DNA from: Lingula anatina
Lineage: Eukaryota; Animalia; Brachiopoda
Assembly: GCA_051362555.1 (NCBI GenBank)
Contig: JBPQGU010000016.1
Coordinates: 2,542,001 to 2,606,000 of the forward strand
Length of the DNA: 64,000 bases
Reading direction: 5' to 3'
Positions 1 to 15,000 of this stretch are shown one piece after another; the first letter of the stretch is position 1; every line of letters starts with the position of its first letter. Position numbers and translations under genes: made by a program. Under the pieces are notes generated by a model. It ran no database searches. It worked only from the letters and a program-made list of their open reading frames with translations, and was not told the DNA's origin.

Positions 1-3000
1 GTCATTATTAAGGAAGAAATAGAGCAAAAACTCTCTCCACCCCCCCCTCTCTCCAAATCCTGTTCTCAGGTGTGCTTTTTGGCCATCTTTAAAGCTGAAA
101 TTGGGGGCTTTAATGAAGTGATCCGGGCGCGTTTCCACATTTTTTATGAATGACAGGTGTGGTAGATTGATTTTCATCACTTTTTGGAAAATTTGGTGAC
201 GGGTCATTTTTGGGTGATTTTGAGTGATTTTCGTAAGGTCCGGATATGGCAGTTTTCTTCAATTTTGGCCAGGTAGGGTTGAAAAATTTTTTTCTTCATT
301 ATAGTGTCTGGTAGGTGTGTTTGGTCATTTGTAGTCAGAATAAAGTGCTGGAAGAGTGGTTGTGTCATTATTAAGGAAGAAATAGAGCAAAAACTCTCTC
401 CACCCCCCCTCTCTCCAAATCCTGTTCTCAGGTGTGCTTTTTGGCCATCTTTAAAGCTGAAATTGGGGGCTTTAATGAAGTGATCCGGGCGCGTTTCCAC
501 ATTTTTTATGAATGACAGGTGTGGTAGATTGATTTTCATCACTTTTTGGAAAATTTGGTGACGGGTCATTTTTGGGTGATTTTGAGTGATTTTCGTAAGG
601 TCCGGATATGGCAGTTTTCTTCAATTTTGGCCAGGTAGGGTTGAAAAATTTTTTTCTTCATTATAGTGTCTGGTAGGTGTGTTTGGTCATTTGTAGTCAG
701 AATAAAGTGCTGGAAGAGTGGTTGTGTCATTATTAAGGAAGAAATAGAGCAAAAACTCTCTCCACCCCCCCTCTCTCCAAATCCTGTTCTCAGGTGTGCT
801 TTTTGGCCATCTTTAAAGCTGAAATTGGGGGCTTTAATGAAGTGATCCGGGCGCGTTTCCACATTTTTTATGAATGACAGGTGTGGTAGATTGATTTTCA
901 TCACTTTTTGGAAAATTTGGTGACGGGTCATTTTTGGGTGATTTTGAGTGATTTTCGTAAGGTCCGGATATGGCAGTTTTCTTCAATTTTGGCCAGGTAG
1001 GGTTGAAAAATTTTTTTCTTCATTATAGTGTCTGGTAGGTGTGTTTGGTCATTTGTAGTCAGAATAAAGTGCTGGAAGAGTGGTTGTGTCATAATTAAGG
1101 AAGAAATAGAGCAAAAACTCTCTCCACCCCCCCTCTCTCCAAATCCTGTTCTCAGGTGTGCTTTTTGGCCATCTTTAAAGCTGAAATTGGGGGCTTTAAT
1201 GAAGTGATCCGGGCGCGTTTCCACATTTTTTATGAATGACAGGTGTGGTAGATTGATTTTCATCACTTTTTGGAAAATTTGGTGACGGGTCATTTTTGGG
1301 TGATTTTGAGTGATTTTCGTAAGGTCCGGATATGGCAGTTTTCTTCAATTTTGGCCAGGTAGGGTTGAAAAATTTTTTTCTTCATTATAGTGTCTGGTAG
1401 GTGTGTTTGGTCATTTGTAGTCAGAATAAAGTGCTGGAAGAGTGGTTGTGTCATTATTAAGGAAGAAATAGAGCAAAAACTCTCTCCACCCCCCCTCTCT
1501 CCAAATCCTGTTCTCAGGTGTGCTTTTTGGCCATCTTTAAAGCTGAAATTGGGGGCTTTAATGAAGTGATCCGGGCGCGTTTCCACATTTTTTATGAATG
1601 ACAGGTGTGGTAGATTGATTTTCATCACTTTTTGGAAAATTTGGTGACGGGTCATTTTTGGGTGATTTTGAGTGATTTTCGTAAGGTCCGGATATGGCAG
1701 TTTTCTTCAATTTTGGCCAGGTAGGGTTGAAAAATTTTTTTCTTCATTATAGTGTCTGGTAGGTGTGTTTGGTCATTTGTAGTCAGAATAAAGTGCTGGA
1801 AGAGTGGTTGTGTCATTATTAAGGAAGAAATAGAGCAAAAACTCTCTCCACCCCCCCTCTCTCCAAATCCTGTTCTCAGGTGTGCTTTTTGGCCATCTTT
1901 AAAGCTGAAATTGGGGGCTTTAATGAAGTGATCCGGGCGCGTTTCCACATTTTTTATGAATGACAGGTGTGGTAGATTGATTTTCATCACTTTTTGGAAA
2001 ATTTGGTGACGGGTCATTTTTGGGTGATTTTGAGTGATTTTCGTAAGGTCCGGATATGGCAGTTTTCTTCAATTTTGGCCAGGTAGGGTTGAAAAATTTT
2101 TTTCTTCATTATAGTGTCTGGTAGGTGTGTTTGGTCATTTGTAGTCAGAATAAAGTGCTGGAAGAGTGGTTGTGTCATTATTAAGGAAGAAATAGAGCAA
2201 AAACTCTCTCCACCCCCCCTCTCTCCAAATCCTGTTCTCAGGTGTGCTTTTTGGCCATCTTTAAAGCTGAAATTGGGGGCTTTAATGAAGTGATCCGGGC
2301 GCGTTTCCACATTTTTTATGAATGACAGGTGTGGTAGATTGATTTTCATCACTTTTTGGAAAATTTGGTGACGGGTCATTTTTGGGTGATTTTGAGTGAT
2401 TTTCGTAAGGTCCGGATATGGCAGTTTTCTTCAATTTTGGCCAGGTAGGGTTGAAAAATTTTTTTCTTCATTATAGTGTCTGGTAGGTGTGTTTGGTCAT
2501 TTGTAGTCAGAATAAAGTGCTGGAAGAGTGGTTGTGTCATTATTAAGGAAGAAATAGAGCAAAAACTCTCTCCACCCCCCCTCTCTCCAAATCCTGTTCT
2601 CAGGTGTGCTTTTTGGCCATCTTTAAAGCTGAAATTGGGGGCTTTAATGAAGTGATCCGGGCGCGTTTCCACATTTTTTATGAATGACAGGTGTGGTAGA
2701 TTGATTTTCATCACTTTTTGGAAAATTTGGTGACGGGTCATTTTTGGGTGATTTTGAGTGATTTTCGTAAGGTCCGGATATGGCAGTTTTCTTCAATTTT
2801 GGCCAGGTAGGGTTGAAAAATTTTTTTCTTCATTATAGTGTCTGGTAGGTGTGTTTGGTCATTTGTAGTCAGAATAAAGTGCTGGAAGAGTGGTTGTGTC
2901 ATTATTAAGGAAGAAATAGAGCAAAAACTCTCTCCACCCCCCCCTCTCTCCAAATCCTGTTCTCAGGTGTGCTTTTTGGCCATCTTTAAAGCTGAAATTG

Positions 3001-6000
3001 GGGGCTTTAATGAAGTGATCCGGGCGCGTTTCCACATTTTTTATGAATGACAGGTGTGGTAGATTGATTTTCATCACTTTTTGGAAAATTTGGTGACGGG
3101 TCATTTTTGGGTGATTTTGAGTGATTTTCGTAAGGTCCGGATATGGCAGTTTTCTTCAATTTTGGCCAGGTAGGGTTGAAAAATTTTTTTCTTCATTATA
3201 GTGTCTGGTAGGTGTGTTTGGTCATTTGTAGTCAGAATAAAGTGCTGGAAGAGTGGTTGTGTCATTATTAAGGAAGAAATAGAGCAAAAACTCTCTCCAC
3301 CCCCCCTCTCTCCAAATCCTGTTCTCAGGTGTGCTTTTTGGCCATCTTTAAAGCTGAAATTGGGGGCTTTAATGAAGTGATCCGGGCGCGTTTCCACATT
3401 TTTTATGAATGACAGGTGTGGTAGATTGATTTTCATCACTTTTTGGAAAATTTGGTGACGGGTCATTTTTGGGTGATTTTGAGTGATTTTCGTAAGGTCC
3501 GGATATGGCAGTTTTCTTCAATTTTGGCCAGGTAGGGTTGAAAAATTTTTTTCTTCATTATAGTGTCTGGTAGGTGTGTTTGGTCATTTGTAGTCAGAAT
3601 AAAGTGCTGGAAGAGTGGTTGTGTCATTATTAAGGAAGAAATAGAGCAAAAACTCTCTCCACCCCCCCCTCTCTCCAAATCCTGTTCTCAGGTGTGCTTT
3701 TTGGCCATCTTTAAAGCTGAAATTGGGGGCTTTAATGAAGTGATCCGGGCGCGTTTCCACATTTTTTATGAATGACAGGTGTGGTAGATTGATTTTCATC
3801 ACTTTTTGGAAAATTTGGTGACGGGTCATTTTTGGGTGATTTTGAGTGATTTTCGTAAGGTCCGGATATGGCAGTTTTCTTCAATTTTGGCCAGGTAGGG
3901 TTGAAAAATTTTTTTCTTCATTATAGTGTCTGGTAGGTGTGTTTGGTCATTTGTAGTCAGAATAAAGTGCTGGAAGAGTGGTTGTGTCATTATTAAGGAA
4001 GAAATAGAGCAAAAACTCTCTCCACCCCCCCTCTCTCCAAATCCTGTTCTCAGGTGTGCTTTTTGGCCATCTTTAAAGCTGAAATTGGGGGCTTTAATGA
4101 AGTGATCCGGGCGCGTTTCCACATTTTTTATGAATGACAGGTGTGGTAGATTGATTTTCATCACTTTTTGGAAAATTTGGTGACGGGTCATTTTTGGGTG
4201 ATTTTGAGTGATTTTCGTAAGGTCCGGATATGGCAGTTTTCTTCAATTTTGGCCAGGTAGGGTTGAAAAATTTTTTTCTTCATTATAGTGTCTGGTAGGT
4301 GTGTTTGGTCATTTGTAGTCAGAATAAAGTGCTGGAAGAGTGGTTGTGTCATTATTAAGGAAGAAATAGAGCAAAAACTCTCTCCACCCCCCCTCTCTCC
4401 AAATCCTGTTCTCAGGTGTGCTTTTTGGCCATCTTTAAAGCTGAAATTGGGGGCTTTAATGAAGTGATCCGGGCGCGTTTCCACATTTTTTATGAATGAC
4501 AGGTGTGGTAGATTGATTTTCATCACTTTTTGGAAAATTTGGTGACGGGTCATTTTTGGGTGATTTTGAGTGATTTTCGTAAGGTCCGGATATGGCAGTT
4601 TTCTTCAATTTTGGCCAGGTAGGGTTGAAAAATTTTTTTCTTCATTATAGTGTCTGGTAGGTGTGTTTGGTCATTTGTAGTCAGAATAAAGTGCTGGAAG
4701 AGTGGTTGTGTCATTATTAAGGAAGAAATAGAGCAAAAACTCTCTCCACCCCCCCCTCTCTCCAAATCCTGTTCTCAGGTGTGCTTTTTGGCCATCTTTA
4801 AAGCTGAAATTGGGGGCTTTAATGAAGTGATCCGGGCGCGTTTCCACATTTTTTATGAATGACAGGTGTGGTAGATTGATTTTCATCACTTTTTGGAAAA
4901 TTTGGTGACGGGTCATTTTTGGGTGATTTTGAGTGATTTTCGTAAGGTCCGGATATGGCAGTTTTCTTCAATTTTGGCCAGGTAGGGTTGAAAAATTTTT
5001 TTCTTCATTATAGTGTCTGGTAGGTGTGTTTGGTCATTTGTAGTCAGAATAAAGTGCTGGAAGAGTGGTTGTGTCATTATTAAGGAAGAAATAGAGCAAA
5101 AACTCTCTCCACCCCCCCTCTCTCCAAATCCTGTTCTCAGGTGTGCTTTTTGGCCATCTTTAAAGCTGAAATTGGGGGCTTTAATGAAGTGATCCGGGCG
5201 CGTTTCCACATTTTTTATGAATGACAGGTGTGGTAGATTGATTTTCATCACTTTTTGGAAAATTTGGTGACGGGTCATTTTTGGGTGATTTTGAGTGATT
5301 TTCGTAAGGTCCGGATATGGCAGTTTTCTTCAATTTTGGCCAGGTAGGGTTGAAAAATTTTTTTCTTCATTATAGTGTCTGGTAGGTGTGTTTGGTCATT
5401 TGTAGTCAGAATAAAGTGCTGGAAGAGTGGTTGTGTCATTATTAAGGAAGAAATAGAGCAAAAACTCTCTCCACCCCCCCCTCTCTCCAAATCCTGTTCT
5501 CAGGTGTGCTTTTTGGCCATCTTTAAAGCTGAAATTGGGGGCTTTAATGAAGTGATCCGGGCGCGTTTCCACATTTTTTATGAATGACAGGTGTGGTAGA
5601 TTGATTTTCATCACTTTTTGGAAAATTTGGTGACGGGTCATTTTTGGGTGATTTTGAGTGATTTTCGTAAGGTCCGGATATGGCAGTTTTCTTCAATTTT
5701 GGCCAGGTAGGGTTGAAAAATTTTTTTCTTCATTATAGTGTCTGGTAGGTGTGTTTGGTCATTTGTAGTCAGAATAAAGTGCTGGAAGAGTGGTTGTGTC
5801 ATTATTAAGGAAGAAATAGAGCAAAAACTCTCTCCACCCCCCCTCTCTCCAAATCCTGTTCTCAGGTGTGCTTTTTGGCCATCTTTAAAGCTGAAATTGG
5901 GGGCTTTAATGAAGTGATCCGGGCGCGTTTCCACATTTTTTATGAATGACAGGTGTGGTAGATTGATTTTCATCACTTTTTGGAAAATTTGGTGACGGGT

Positions 6001-9000
6001 CATTTTTGGGTGATTTTGAGTGATTTTCGTAAGGTCCGGATATGGCAGTTTTCTTCAATTTTGGCCAGGTAGGGTTGAAAAATTTTTTTCTTCATTATAG
6101 TGTCTGGTAGGTGTGTTTGGTCATTTGTAGTCAGAATAAAGTGCTGGAAGAGTGGTTGTGTCATTATTAAGGAAGAAATAGAGCAAAAACTCTCTCCACC
6201 CCCCCTCTCTCCAAATCCTGTTCTCAGGTGTGCTTTTTGGCCATCTTTAAAGCTGAAATTGGGGGCTTTAATGAAGTGATCCGGGCGCGTTTCCACATTT
6301 TTTATGAATGACAGGTGTGGTAGATTGATTTTCATCACTTTTTGGAAAATTTGGTGACGGGTCATTTTTGGGTGATTTTGTGTGATTTTCGTAAGGTCCG
6401 GATATGGCAGTTTTCTTCAATTTTGGCCAGGTAGGGTTGAAAATTTTTTTTCTTCATTATAGTGTCTGGTAGGTGTGTTTGGTCATTTGTAGTCAGAATA
6501 AAGTGCTGGAAGAGTGGTTGTGTCATTATTAAGGAAGAAATAGAGCAAAAACTCTCTCCACCCCCCCTCTCTCCAAATCCTGTTCTCAGGTGTGCTTTTT
6601 GGCCATCTTTAAAGCTGAAATTGGGGGCTTTAATGAAGTGATCCGGGCGCGTTTCCACATTTTTTATGAATGACAGGTGTGGTAGATTGATTTTCATCAC
6701 TTTTTGGAAAATTTGGTGACGGGTCATTTTTGGGTGATTTTGAGTGATTTTCGTAAGGTCCGGATATGGCAGTTTTCTTCAATTTTGGCCAGGTAGGGTT
6801 GAAAAATTTTTTTCTTCATTATAGTGTCTGGTAGGTGTGTTTGGTCATTTGTAGTCAGAATAAAGTGCTGGAAGAGTGGTTGTGTCATTATTAAGGAAGA
6901 AATAGAGCAAAAACTCTCTCCACCCCCCCCTCTCTCCAAATCCTGTTCTCAGGTGTGCTTTTTGGCCATCTTTAAAGCTGAAATTGGGGGCTTTAATGAA
7001 GTGATCCGGGCGCGTTTCCACATTTTTTATGAATGACAGGTGTGGTAGATTGATTTTCATCACTTTTTGGAAAATTTGGTGACGGGTCATTTTTGGGTGA
7101 TTTTGAGTGATTTTCGTAAGGTCCGGATATGGCAGTTTTCTTCAATTTTGGCCAGGTAGGGTTGAAAAATTTTTTTCTTCATTATAGTGTCTGGTAGGTG
7201 TGTTTGGTCATTTGTAGTCAGAATAAAGTGCTGGAAGAGTGGTTGTGTCATTATTAAGGAAGAAATAGAGCAAAAACTCTCTCCACCCCCCCTCTCTCCA
7301 AATCCTGTTCTCAGGTGTGCTTTTTGGCCATCTTTAAAGCTGAAATTGGGGGCTTTAATGAAGTGATCCGGGCGCGTTTCCACATTTTTTATGAATGACA
7401 GGTGTGGTAGATTGATTTTCATCACTTTTTGGAAAATTTGGTGACGGGTCATTTTTGGGTGATTTTGAGTGATTTTCGTAAGGTCCGGATATGGCAGTTT
7501 TCTTCAATTTTGGCCAGGTAGGGTTGAAAAATTTTTTTCTTCATTATAGTGTCTGGTAGGTGTGTTTGGTCATTTGTAGTCAGAATAAAGTGCTGGAAGA
7601 GTGGTTGTGTCATTATTAAGGAAGAAATAGAGCAAAAACTCTCTCCACCCCCCCTCTCTCCAAATCCTGTTCTCAGGTGTGCTTTTTGGCCATCTTTAAA
7701 GCTGAAATTGGGGGCTTTAATGAAGTGATCCGGGCGCGTTTCCACATTTTTTATGAATGACAGGTGTGGTAGATTGATTTTCATCACTTTTTGGAAAATT
7801 TGGTGACGGGTCATTTTTGGGTGATTTTGAGTGATTTTCGTAAGGTCCGGATATGGCAGTTTTCTTCAATTTTGGCCAGGTAGGGTTGAAAAATTTTTTT
7901 CTTCATTATAGTGTCTGGTAGGTGTGTTTGGTCATTTGTAGTCAGAATAAAGTGCTGGAAGAGTGGTTGTGTCATTATTAAGGAAGAAATAGAGCAAAAA
8001 CTCTCTCCACCCCCCCTCTCTCCAAATCCTGTTCTCAGGTGTGCTTTTTGGCCATCTTTAAAGCTGAAATTGGGGGCTTTAATGAAGTGATCCGGGCGCG
8101 TTTCCACATTTTTTATGAATGACAGGTGTGGTAGATTGATTTTCATCACTTTTTGGAAAATTTGGTGACGGGTCATTTTTGGGTGATTTTGAGTGATTTT
8201 CGTAAGGTCCGGATATGGCAGTTTTCTTCAATTTTGGCCAGGTAGGGTTGAAAAATTTTTTTCTTCATTATAGTGTCTGGTAGGTGTGTTTGGTCATTTG
8301 TAGTCAGAATAAAGTGCTGGAAGAGTGGTTGTGTCATTATTAAGGAAGAAATAGAGCAAAAACTCTCTCCACCCCCCCCTCTCTCCAAATCCTGTTCTCA
8401 GGTGTGCTTTTTGGCCATCTTTAAAGCTGAAATTGGGGGCTTTAATGAAGTGATCCGGGCGCGTTTCCACATTTTTTATGAATGACAGGTGTGGTAGATT
8501 GATTTTCATCACTTTTTGGAAAATTTGGTGACGGGTCATTTTTGGGTGATTTTGAGTGATTTTCGTAAGGTCCGGATATGGCAGTTTTCTTCAATTTTGG
8601 CCAGGTAGGGTTGAAAAATTTTTTTCTTCATTATAGTGTCTGGTAGGTGTGTTTGGTCATTTGTAGTCAGAATAAAGTGCTGGAAGAGTGGTTGTGTCAT
8701 TATTAAGGAAGAAATAGAGCAAAAACTCTCTCCACCCCCCCTCTCTCCAAATCCTGTTCTCAGGTGTGCTTTTTGGCCATCTTTAAAGCTGAAATTGGGG
8801 GCTTTAATGAAGTGATCCGGGCGCGTTTCCACATTTTTTATGAATGACAGGTGTGGTAGATTGATTTTCATCACTTTTTGGAAAATTTGGTGACGGGTCA
8901 TTTTTGGGTGATTTTGAGTGATTTTCGTAAGGTCCGGATATGGCAGTTTTCTTCAATTTTGGCCAGGTAGGGTTGAAAAATTTTTTTCTTCATTATAGTG

Positions 9001-12000
9001 TCTGGTAGGTGTGTTTGGTCATTTGTAGTCAGAATAAAGTGCTGGAAGAGTGGTTGTGTCATTATTAAGGAAGAAATAGAGCAAAAACTCTCTCCACCCC
9101 CCCTCTCTCCAAATCCTGTTCTCAGGTGTGCTTTTTGGCCATCTTTAAAGCTGAAATTGGGGGCTTTAATGAAGTGATCCGGGCGCGTTTCCACATTTTT
9201 TATGAATGACAGGTGTGGTAGATTGATTTTCATCACTTTTTGGAAAATTTGGTGACGGGTCATTTTTGGGTGATTTTGTGTGATTTTCGTAAGGTCCGGA
9301 TATGGCAGTTTTCTTCAATTTTGGCCAGGTAGGGTTGAAAATTTTTTTTCTTCATTATAGTGTCTGGTAGGTGTGTTTGGTCATTTGTAGTCAGAATAAA
9401 GTGCTGGAAGAGTGGTTGTGTCATTATTAAGGAAGAAATAGAGCAAAAACTCTCTCCACCCCCCCTCTCTCCAAATCCTGTTCTCAGGTGTGCTTTTTGG
9501 CCATCTTTAAAGCTGAAATTGGGGGCTTTAATGAAGTGATCCGGGCGCGTTTCCACATTTTTTATGAATGACAGGTGTGGTAGATTGATTTTCATCACTT
9601 TTTGGAAAATTTGGTGACGGGTCATTTTTGGGTGATTTTGAGTGATTTTCGTAAGGTCCGGATATGGCAGTTTTCTTCAATTTTGGCCAGGTAGGGTTGA
9701 AAAATTTTTTTCTTCATTATAGTGTCTGGTAGGTGTGTTTGGTCATTTGTAGTCAGAATAAAGTGCTGGAAGAGTGGTTGTGTCATTATTAAGGAAGAAA
9801 TAGAGCAAAAACTCTCTCCACCCCCCCTCTCTCCAAATCCTGTTCTCAGGTGTGCTTTTTGGCCATCTTTAAAGCTGAAATTGGGGGCTTTAATGAAGTG
9901 ATCCGGGCGCGTTTCCACATTTTTTATGAATGACAGGTGTGGTAGATTGATTTTCATCACTTTTTGGAAAATTTGGTGACGGGTCATTTTTGGGTGATTT
10001 TGAGTGATTTTCGTAAGGTCCGGATATGGCAGTTTTCTTCAATTTTGGCCAGGTAGGGTTGAAAAATTTTTTTCTTCATTATAGTGTCTGGTAGGTGTGT
10101 TTGGTCATTTGTAGTCAGAATAAAGTGCTGGAAGAGTGGTTGTGTCATTATTAAGGAAGAAATAGAGCAAAAACTCTCTCCACCCCCCCTCTCTCCAAAT
10201 CCTGTTCTCAGGTGTGCTTTTTGGCCATCTTTAAAGCTGAAATTGGGGGCTTTAATGAAGTGATCCGGGCGCGTTTCCACATTTTTTATGAATGACAGGT
10301 GTGGTAGATTGATTTTCATCACTTTTTGGAAAATTTGGTGACGGGTCATTTTTGGGTGATTTTGAGTGATTTTCGTAAGGTCCGGATATGGCAGTTTTCT
10401 TCAATTTTGGCCAGGTAGGGTTGAAAAATTTTTTTCTTCATTATAGTGTCTGGTAGGTGTGTTTGGTCATTTGTAGTCAGAATAAAGTGCTGGAAGAGTG
10501 GTTGTGTCATTATTAAGGAAGAAATAGAGCAAAAACTCTCTCCACCCCCCCTCTCTCCAAATCCTGTTCTCAGGTGTGCTTTTTGGCCATCTTTAAAGCT
10601 GAAATTGGGGGCTTTAATGAAGTGATCCGGGCGCGTTTCCACATTTTTTATGAATGACAGGTGTGGTAGATTGATTTTCATCACTTTTTGGAAAATTTGG
10701 TGACGGGTCATTTTTGGGTGATTTTGAGTGATTTTCGTAAGGTCCGGATATGGCAGTTTTCTTCAATTTTGGCCAGGTAGGGTTGAAAATTTTTTTTCTT
10801 CATTATAGTGTCTGGTAGGTGTGTTTGGTCATTTGTAGTCAGAATAAAGTGCTGGAAGAGTGGTTGTGTCATTATTAAGGAAGAAATAGAGCAAAAACTC
10901 TCTCCACCCCCCCTCTCTCCAAATCCTGTTCTCAGGTGTGCTTTTTGGCCATCTTTAAAGCTGAAATTGGGGGCTTTAATGAAGTGATCCGGGCGCGTTT
11001 CCACATTTTTTATGAATGACAGGTGTGGTAGATTGATTTTCATCACTTTTTGGAAAATTTGGTGACGGGTCATTTTTGGGTGATTTTGAGTGATTTTCGT
11101 AAGGTCCGGATATGGCAGTTTTCTTCAATTTTGGCCAGGTAGGGTTGAAAATTTTTTTTCTTCATTATAGTGTCTGGTAGGTGTGTTTGGTCATTTGTAG
11201 TCAGAATAAAGTGCTGGAAGAGTGGTTGTGTCATTATTAAGGAAGAAATAGAGCAAAAACTCTCTCCACCCCCCCTCTCTCCAAATCCTGTTCTCAGGTG
11301 TGCTTTTTGGCCATCTTTAAAGCTGAAATTGGGGGCTTTAATGAAGTGATCCGGGCGCGTTTCCACATTTTTTATGAATGACAGGTGTGGTAGATTGATT
11401 TTCATCACTTTTTGGAAAATTTGGTGACGGGTCATTTTTGGGTGATTTTGAGTGATTTTCGTAAGGTCCGGATATGGCAGTTTTCTTCAATTTTGGCCAG
11501 GTAGGGTTGAAAAATTTTTTTCTTCATTATAGTGTCTGGTAGGTGTGTTTGGTCATTTGTAGTCAGAATAAAGTGCTGGAAGAGTGGTTGTGTCATTATT
11601 AAGGAAGAAATAGAGCAAAAACTCTCTCCACCCCCCCTCTCTCCAAATCCTGTTCTCAGGTGTGCTTTTTGGCCATCTTTAAAGCTGAAATTGGGGGCTT
11701 TAATGAAGTGATCCGGGCGCGTTTCCACATTTTTTATGAATGACAGGTGTGGTAGATTGATTTTCATCACTTTTTGGAAAATTTGGTGACGGGTCATTTT
11801 TGGGTGATTTTGAGTGATTTTCGTAAGGTCCGGATATGGCAGTTTTCTTCAATTTTGGCCAGGTAGGGTTGAAAAATTTTTTTCTTCATTATAGTGTCTG
11901 GTAGGTGTGTTTGGTCATTTGTAGTCAGAATAAAGTGCTGGAAGAGTGGTTGTGTCATTATTAAGGAAGAAATAGAGCAAAAACTCTCTCCACCCCCCCT

Positions 12001-15000
12001 CTCTCCAAATCCTGTTCTCAGGTGTGCTTTTTGGCCATCTTTAAAGCTGAAATTGGGGGCTTTAATGAAGTGATCCGGGCGCGTTTCCACATTTTTTATG
12101 AATGACAGGTGTGGTAGATTGATTTTCATCACTTTTTGGAAAATTTGGTGACGGGTCATTTTTGGGTGATTTTGAGTGATTTTCGTAAGGTCCGGATATG
12201 GCAGTTTTCTTCAATTTTGGCCAGGTAGGGTTGAAAAATTTTTTTCTTCATTATAGTGTCTGGTAGGTGTGTTTGGTCATTTGTAGTCAGAATAAAGTGC
12301 TGGAAGAGTGGTTGTGTCATTATTAAGGAAGAAATAGAGCAAAAACTCTCTCCACCCCCCCCCCCTCTCTCCAAATCCTGTTCTCAGGTGTGCTTTTTGG
12401 CCATCTTTAAAGCTGAAATTGGGGGCTTTAATGAAGTGATCCGGGCGCGTTTCCACATTTTTTATGAATGACAGGTGTGGTAGATTGATTTTCATCACTT
12501 TTTGGAAAATTTGGTGACGGGTCATTTTTGGGTGATTTTGAGTGATTTTCGTAAGGTCCGGATATGGCAGTTTTCTTCAATTTTGGCCAGGTAGGGTTGA
12601 AAAATTTTTTTCTTCATTATAGTGTCTGGTAGGTGTGTTTGGTCATTTGTAGTCAGAATAAAGTGCTGGAAGAGTGGTTGTGTCATTATTAAAGTCATAA
12701 TAACTCTTCGTTTTGGCCAAAAATTGGATTTTCCTGGAAAAAACGGCAATTTTCCCGTACTTACCAATGGTCAACGACCCCATTTCTGCATTCAAAGTTA
12801 ATCCAGGGTTTTTTTCCTAAACGTACGGTTTTTTGTTAAAATCTCTTAAGAGATTTTAACTGACGGAGCTCTCTCTGACATTGCAAAGTCACTGGTGACC
12901 TACTTAAAACCGCGGGAAAAGCAGACAACAACAACACTATATAAGATTCATGAGATATATTCGTCTTTTTGTTAAAAATGCATTTATATCCACAATGTGT
13001 GCCATTCTGGGCTTTTCGTTATCCGACGCACTGTACAAAAACTCGCAACTTACGTCTGCGTCCGCATTAATGTGTTTGGCGCCATGTTATTTTGGTCTCG
13101 AATGAACGCGAGAATCCGCGTGACACCCTTACGTCATTAGCAACGAATGCCTTGATGACTGGGAAAAATGGCATCGAAAGCCCCATTGACAAGCACAGAT
13201 TTTAGTTTTACTCCAATAACGGCCGTTTTAGTGGTAAAATACGATAGAATATATTTCCATGCGTTGTTTAAAATGTATTTCATGCGGAATTTTGAATCTC
13301 AAAGGAAGAGTTATTATTGCTTTAAGGAAGAAATAGAGCAAAAACTCTCTCCACCCCCCCTCTCTCCAAATCCTGTTCTCAGGTGTGCTTTTTGGCCATC
13401 TTTAAAGCTGAAATTGGGGGCTTTAATGAAGTGATCTGGGCGCGTTTCCACATTTTTTATGAATGACAGGTGTGGTAGATTGATTTTCATCACTTTTTGG
13501 AAAATTTGGTGACGGGTCATTTTTGGGTGATTTTCGTAAGGTCCGGATATGGCAGTTTTCTTCAATTTTGGCCAGGTAGGGTTGAAAAATTTTTTTCTTC
13601 ATTATAGTGTCTGGTAGGTGTGTTTGGTCATTTGTAGTCAGAATAAAGTGCTGGAAGAGTGGTTGTGTCATTATTAAGGAAGAAATAGAGCAAAAACTCT
13701 CTCCACCCCCCCTCTCTCCAAATCCTGTTCTCAGGTGTGCTTTTTGGCCATCTTTAAAGCTGAAATTGGGGGCTTTAATGAAGTGATCCGGGCGCGTTTC
13801 CACATTTTTTATGAATGACAGGTGTGGTAGATTGATTTTCATCACTTTTTGGAAAATTTGGTGACGGGTCATTTTTGGGTGATTTTCGTAAGGTCCGGAT
13901 ATGGCAGTTTTCTTCAATTTTGGCCAGGTAGGGTTGAAAAATTTTTTTCTTCATTATAGTGTCTGGTAGGTGTGTTTGGTCATTTGTAGTCAGAATAAAG
14001 TGCTGGAAGAGTGGTTGTGTCATTATTAAGGAAGAAATAGAGCAAAAACTCTCTCCACCCCCCCTCTCTCCAAATCCTGTTCTCAGGTGTGCTTTTTGGC
14101 CATCTTTAAAGCTGAAATTGGGGGCTTTAATGAAGTGATCCGGGCGCGTTTCCACATTTTTTATGAATGACAGGTGTGGTAGATTGATTTTCATCACTTT
14201 TTGGAAAATTTGGTGACGGGTCATTTTTGGGTGATTTTCGTAAGGTCCGGATATGGCAGTTTTCTTCAATTTTGGCCAGGTAGGGTTGAAAAATTTTTTT
14301 CTTCATTATAGTGTCTGGTAGGTGTGTTTGGTCATTTGTAGTCAGAATAAAGTGCTGGAAGAGTGGTTGTGTCATTATTAAGGAAGAAATAGAGCAAAAA
14401 CTCTCTCCACCCCTCCTCTCTCCAAATCCTGTTCTCAGGTGTGCTTTTTGGCCATCTTTAAAGCTGAAATTGGGGGCTTTAATGAAGTGATCCGGGCGCG
14501 TTTCCACATTTTTTATGAATGACAGGTGTGGTAGATTGATTTTCATCACTTTTTGGAAAATTTGGTGACGGGTCATTTTTGGGTGATTTTGAGTGATTTT
14601 CGTAAGGTCCGGATATGGCAGTTTTCTTCAATTTTGGCCAGGTAGGGTTGAAAAATTTTTTTCTTCATTATAGTGTCTGGTAGGTGTGTTTGGTCATTTG
14701 TAGTCAGAATAAAGTGCTGGAAGAGTGGTTGTGTCATTATTAAGGAAGAAATAGAGCAAAAACTCTCTCCACCCCCCCTCTCTCCAAATCCTGTTCTCAG
14801 GTGTGCTTTTTGGCCATCTTTAAAGCTGAAATTGGGGGCTTTAATGAAGTGATCCGGGCGCGTTTCCACATTTTTTATGAATGACAGGTGTGGTAGATTG
14901 ATTTTCATCACTTTTTGGAAAATTTGGTGACGGGTCATTTTTGGGTGATTTTGAGTGATTTTCGTAAGGTCCGGATATGGCAGTTTTCTTCAATTTTGGC

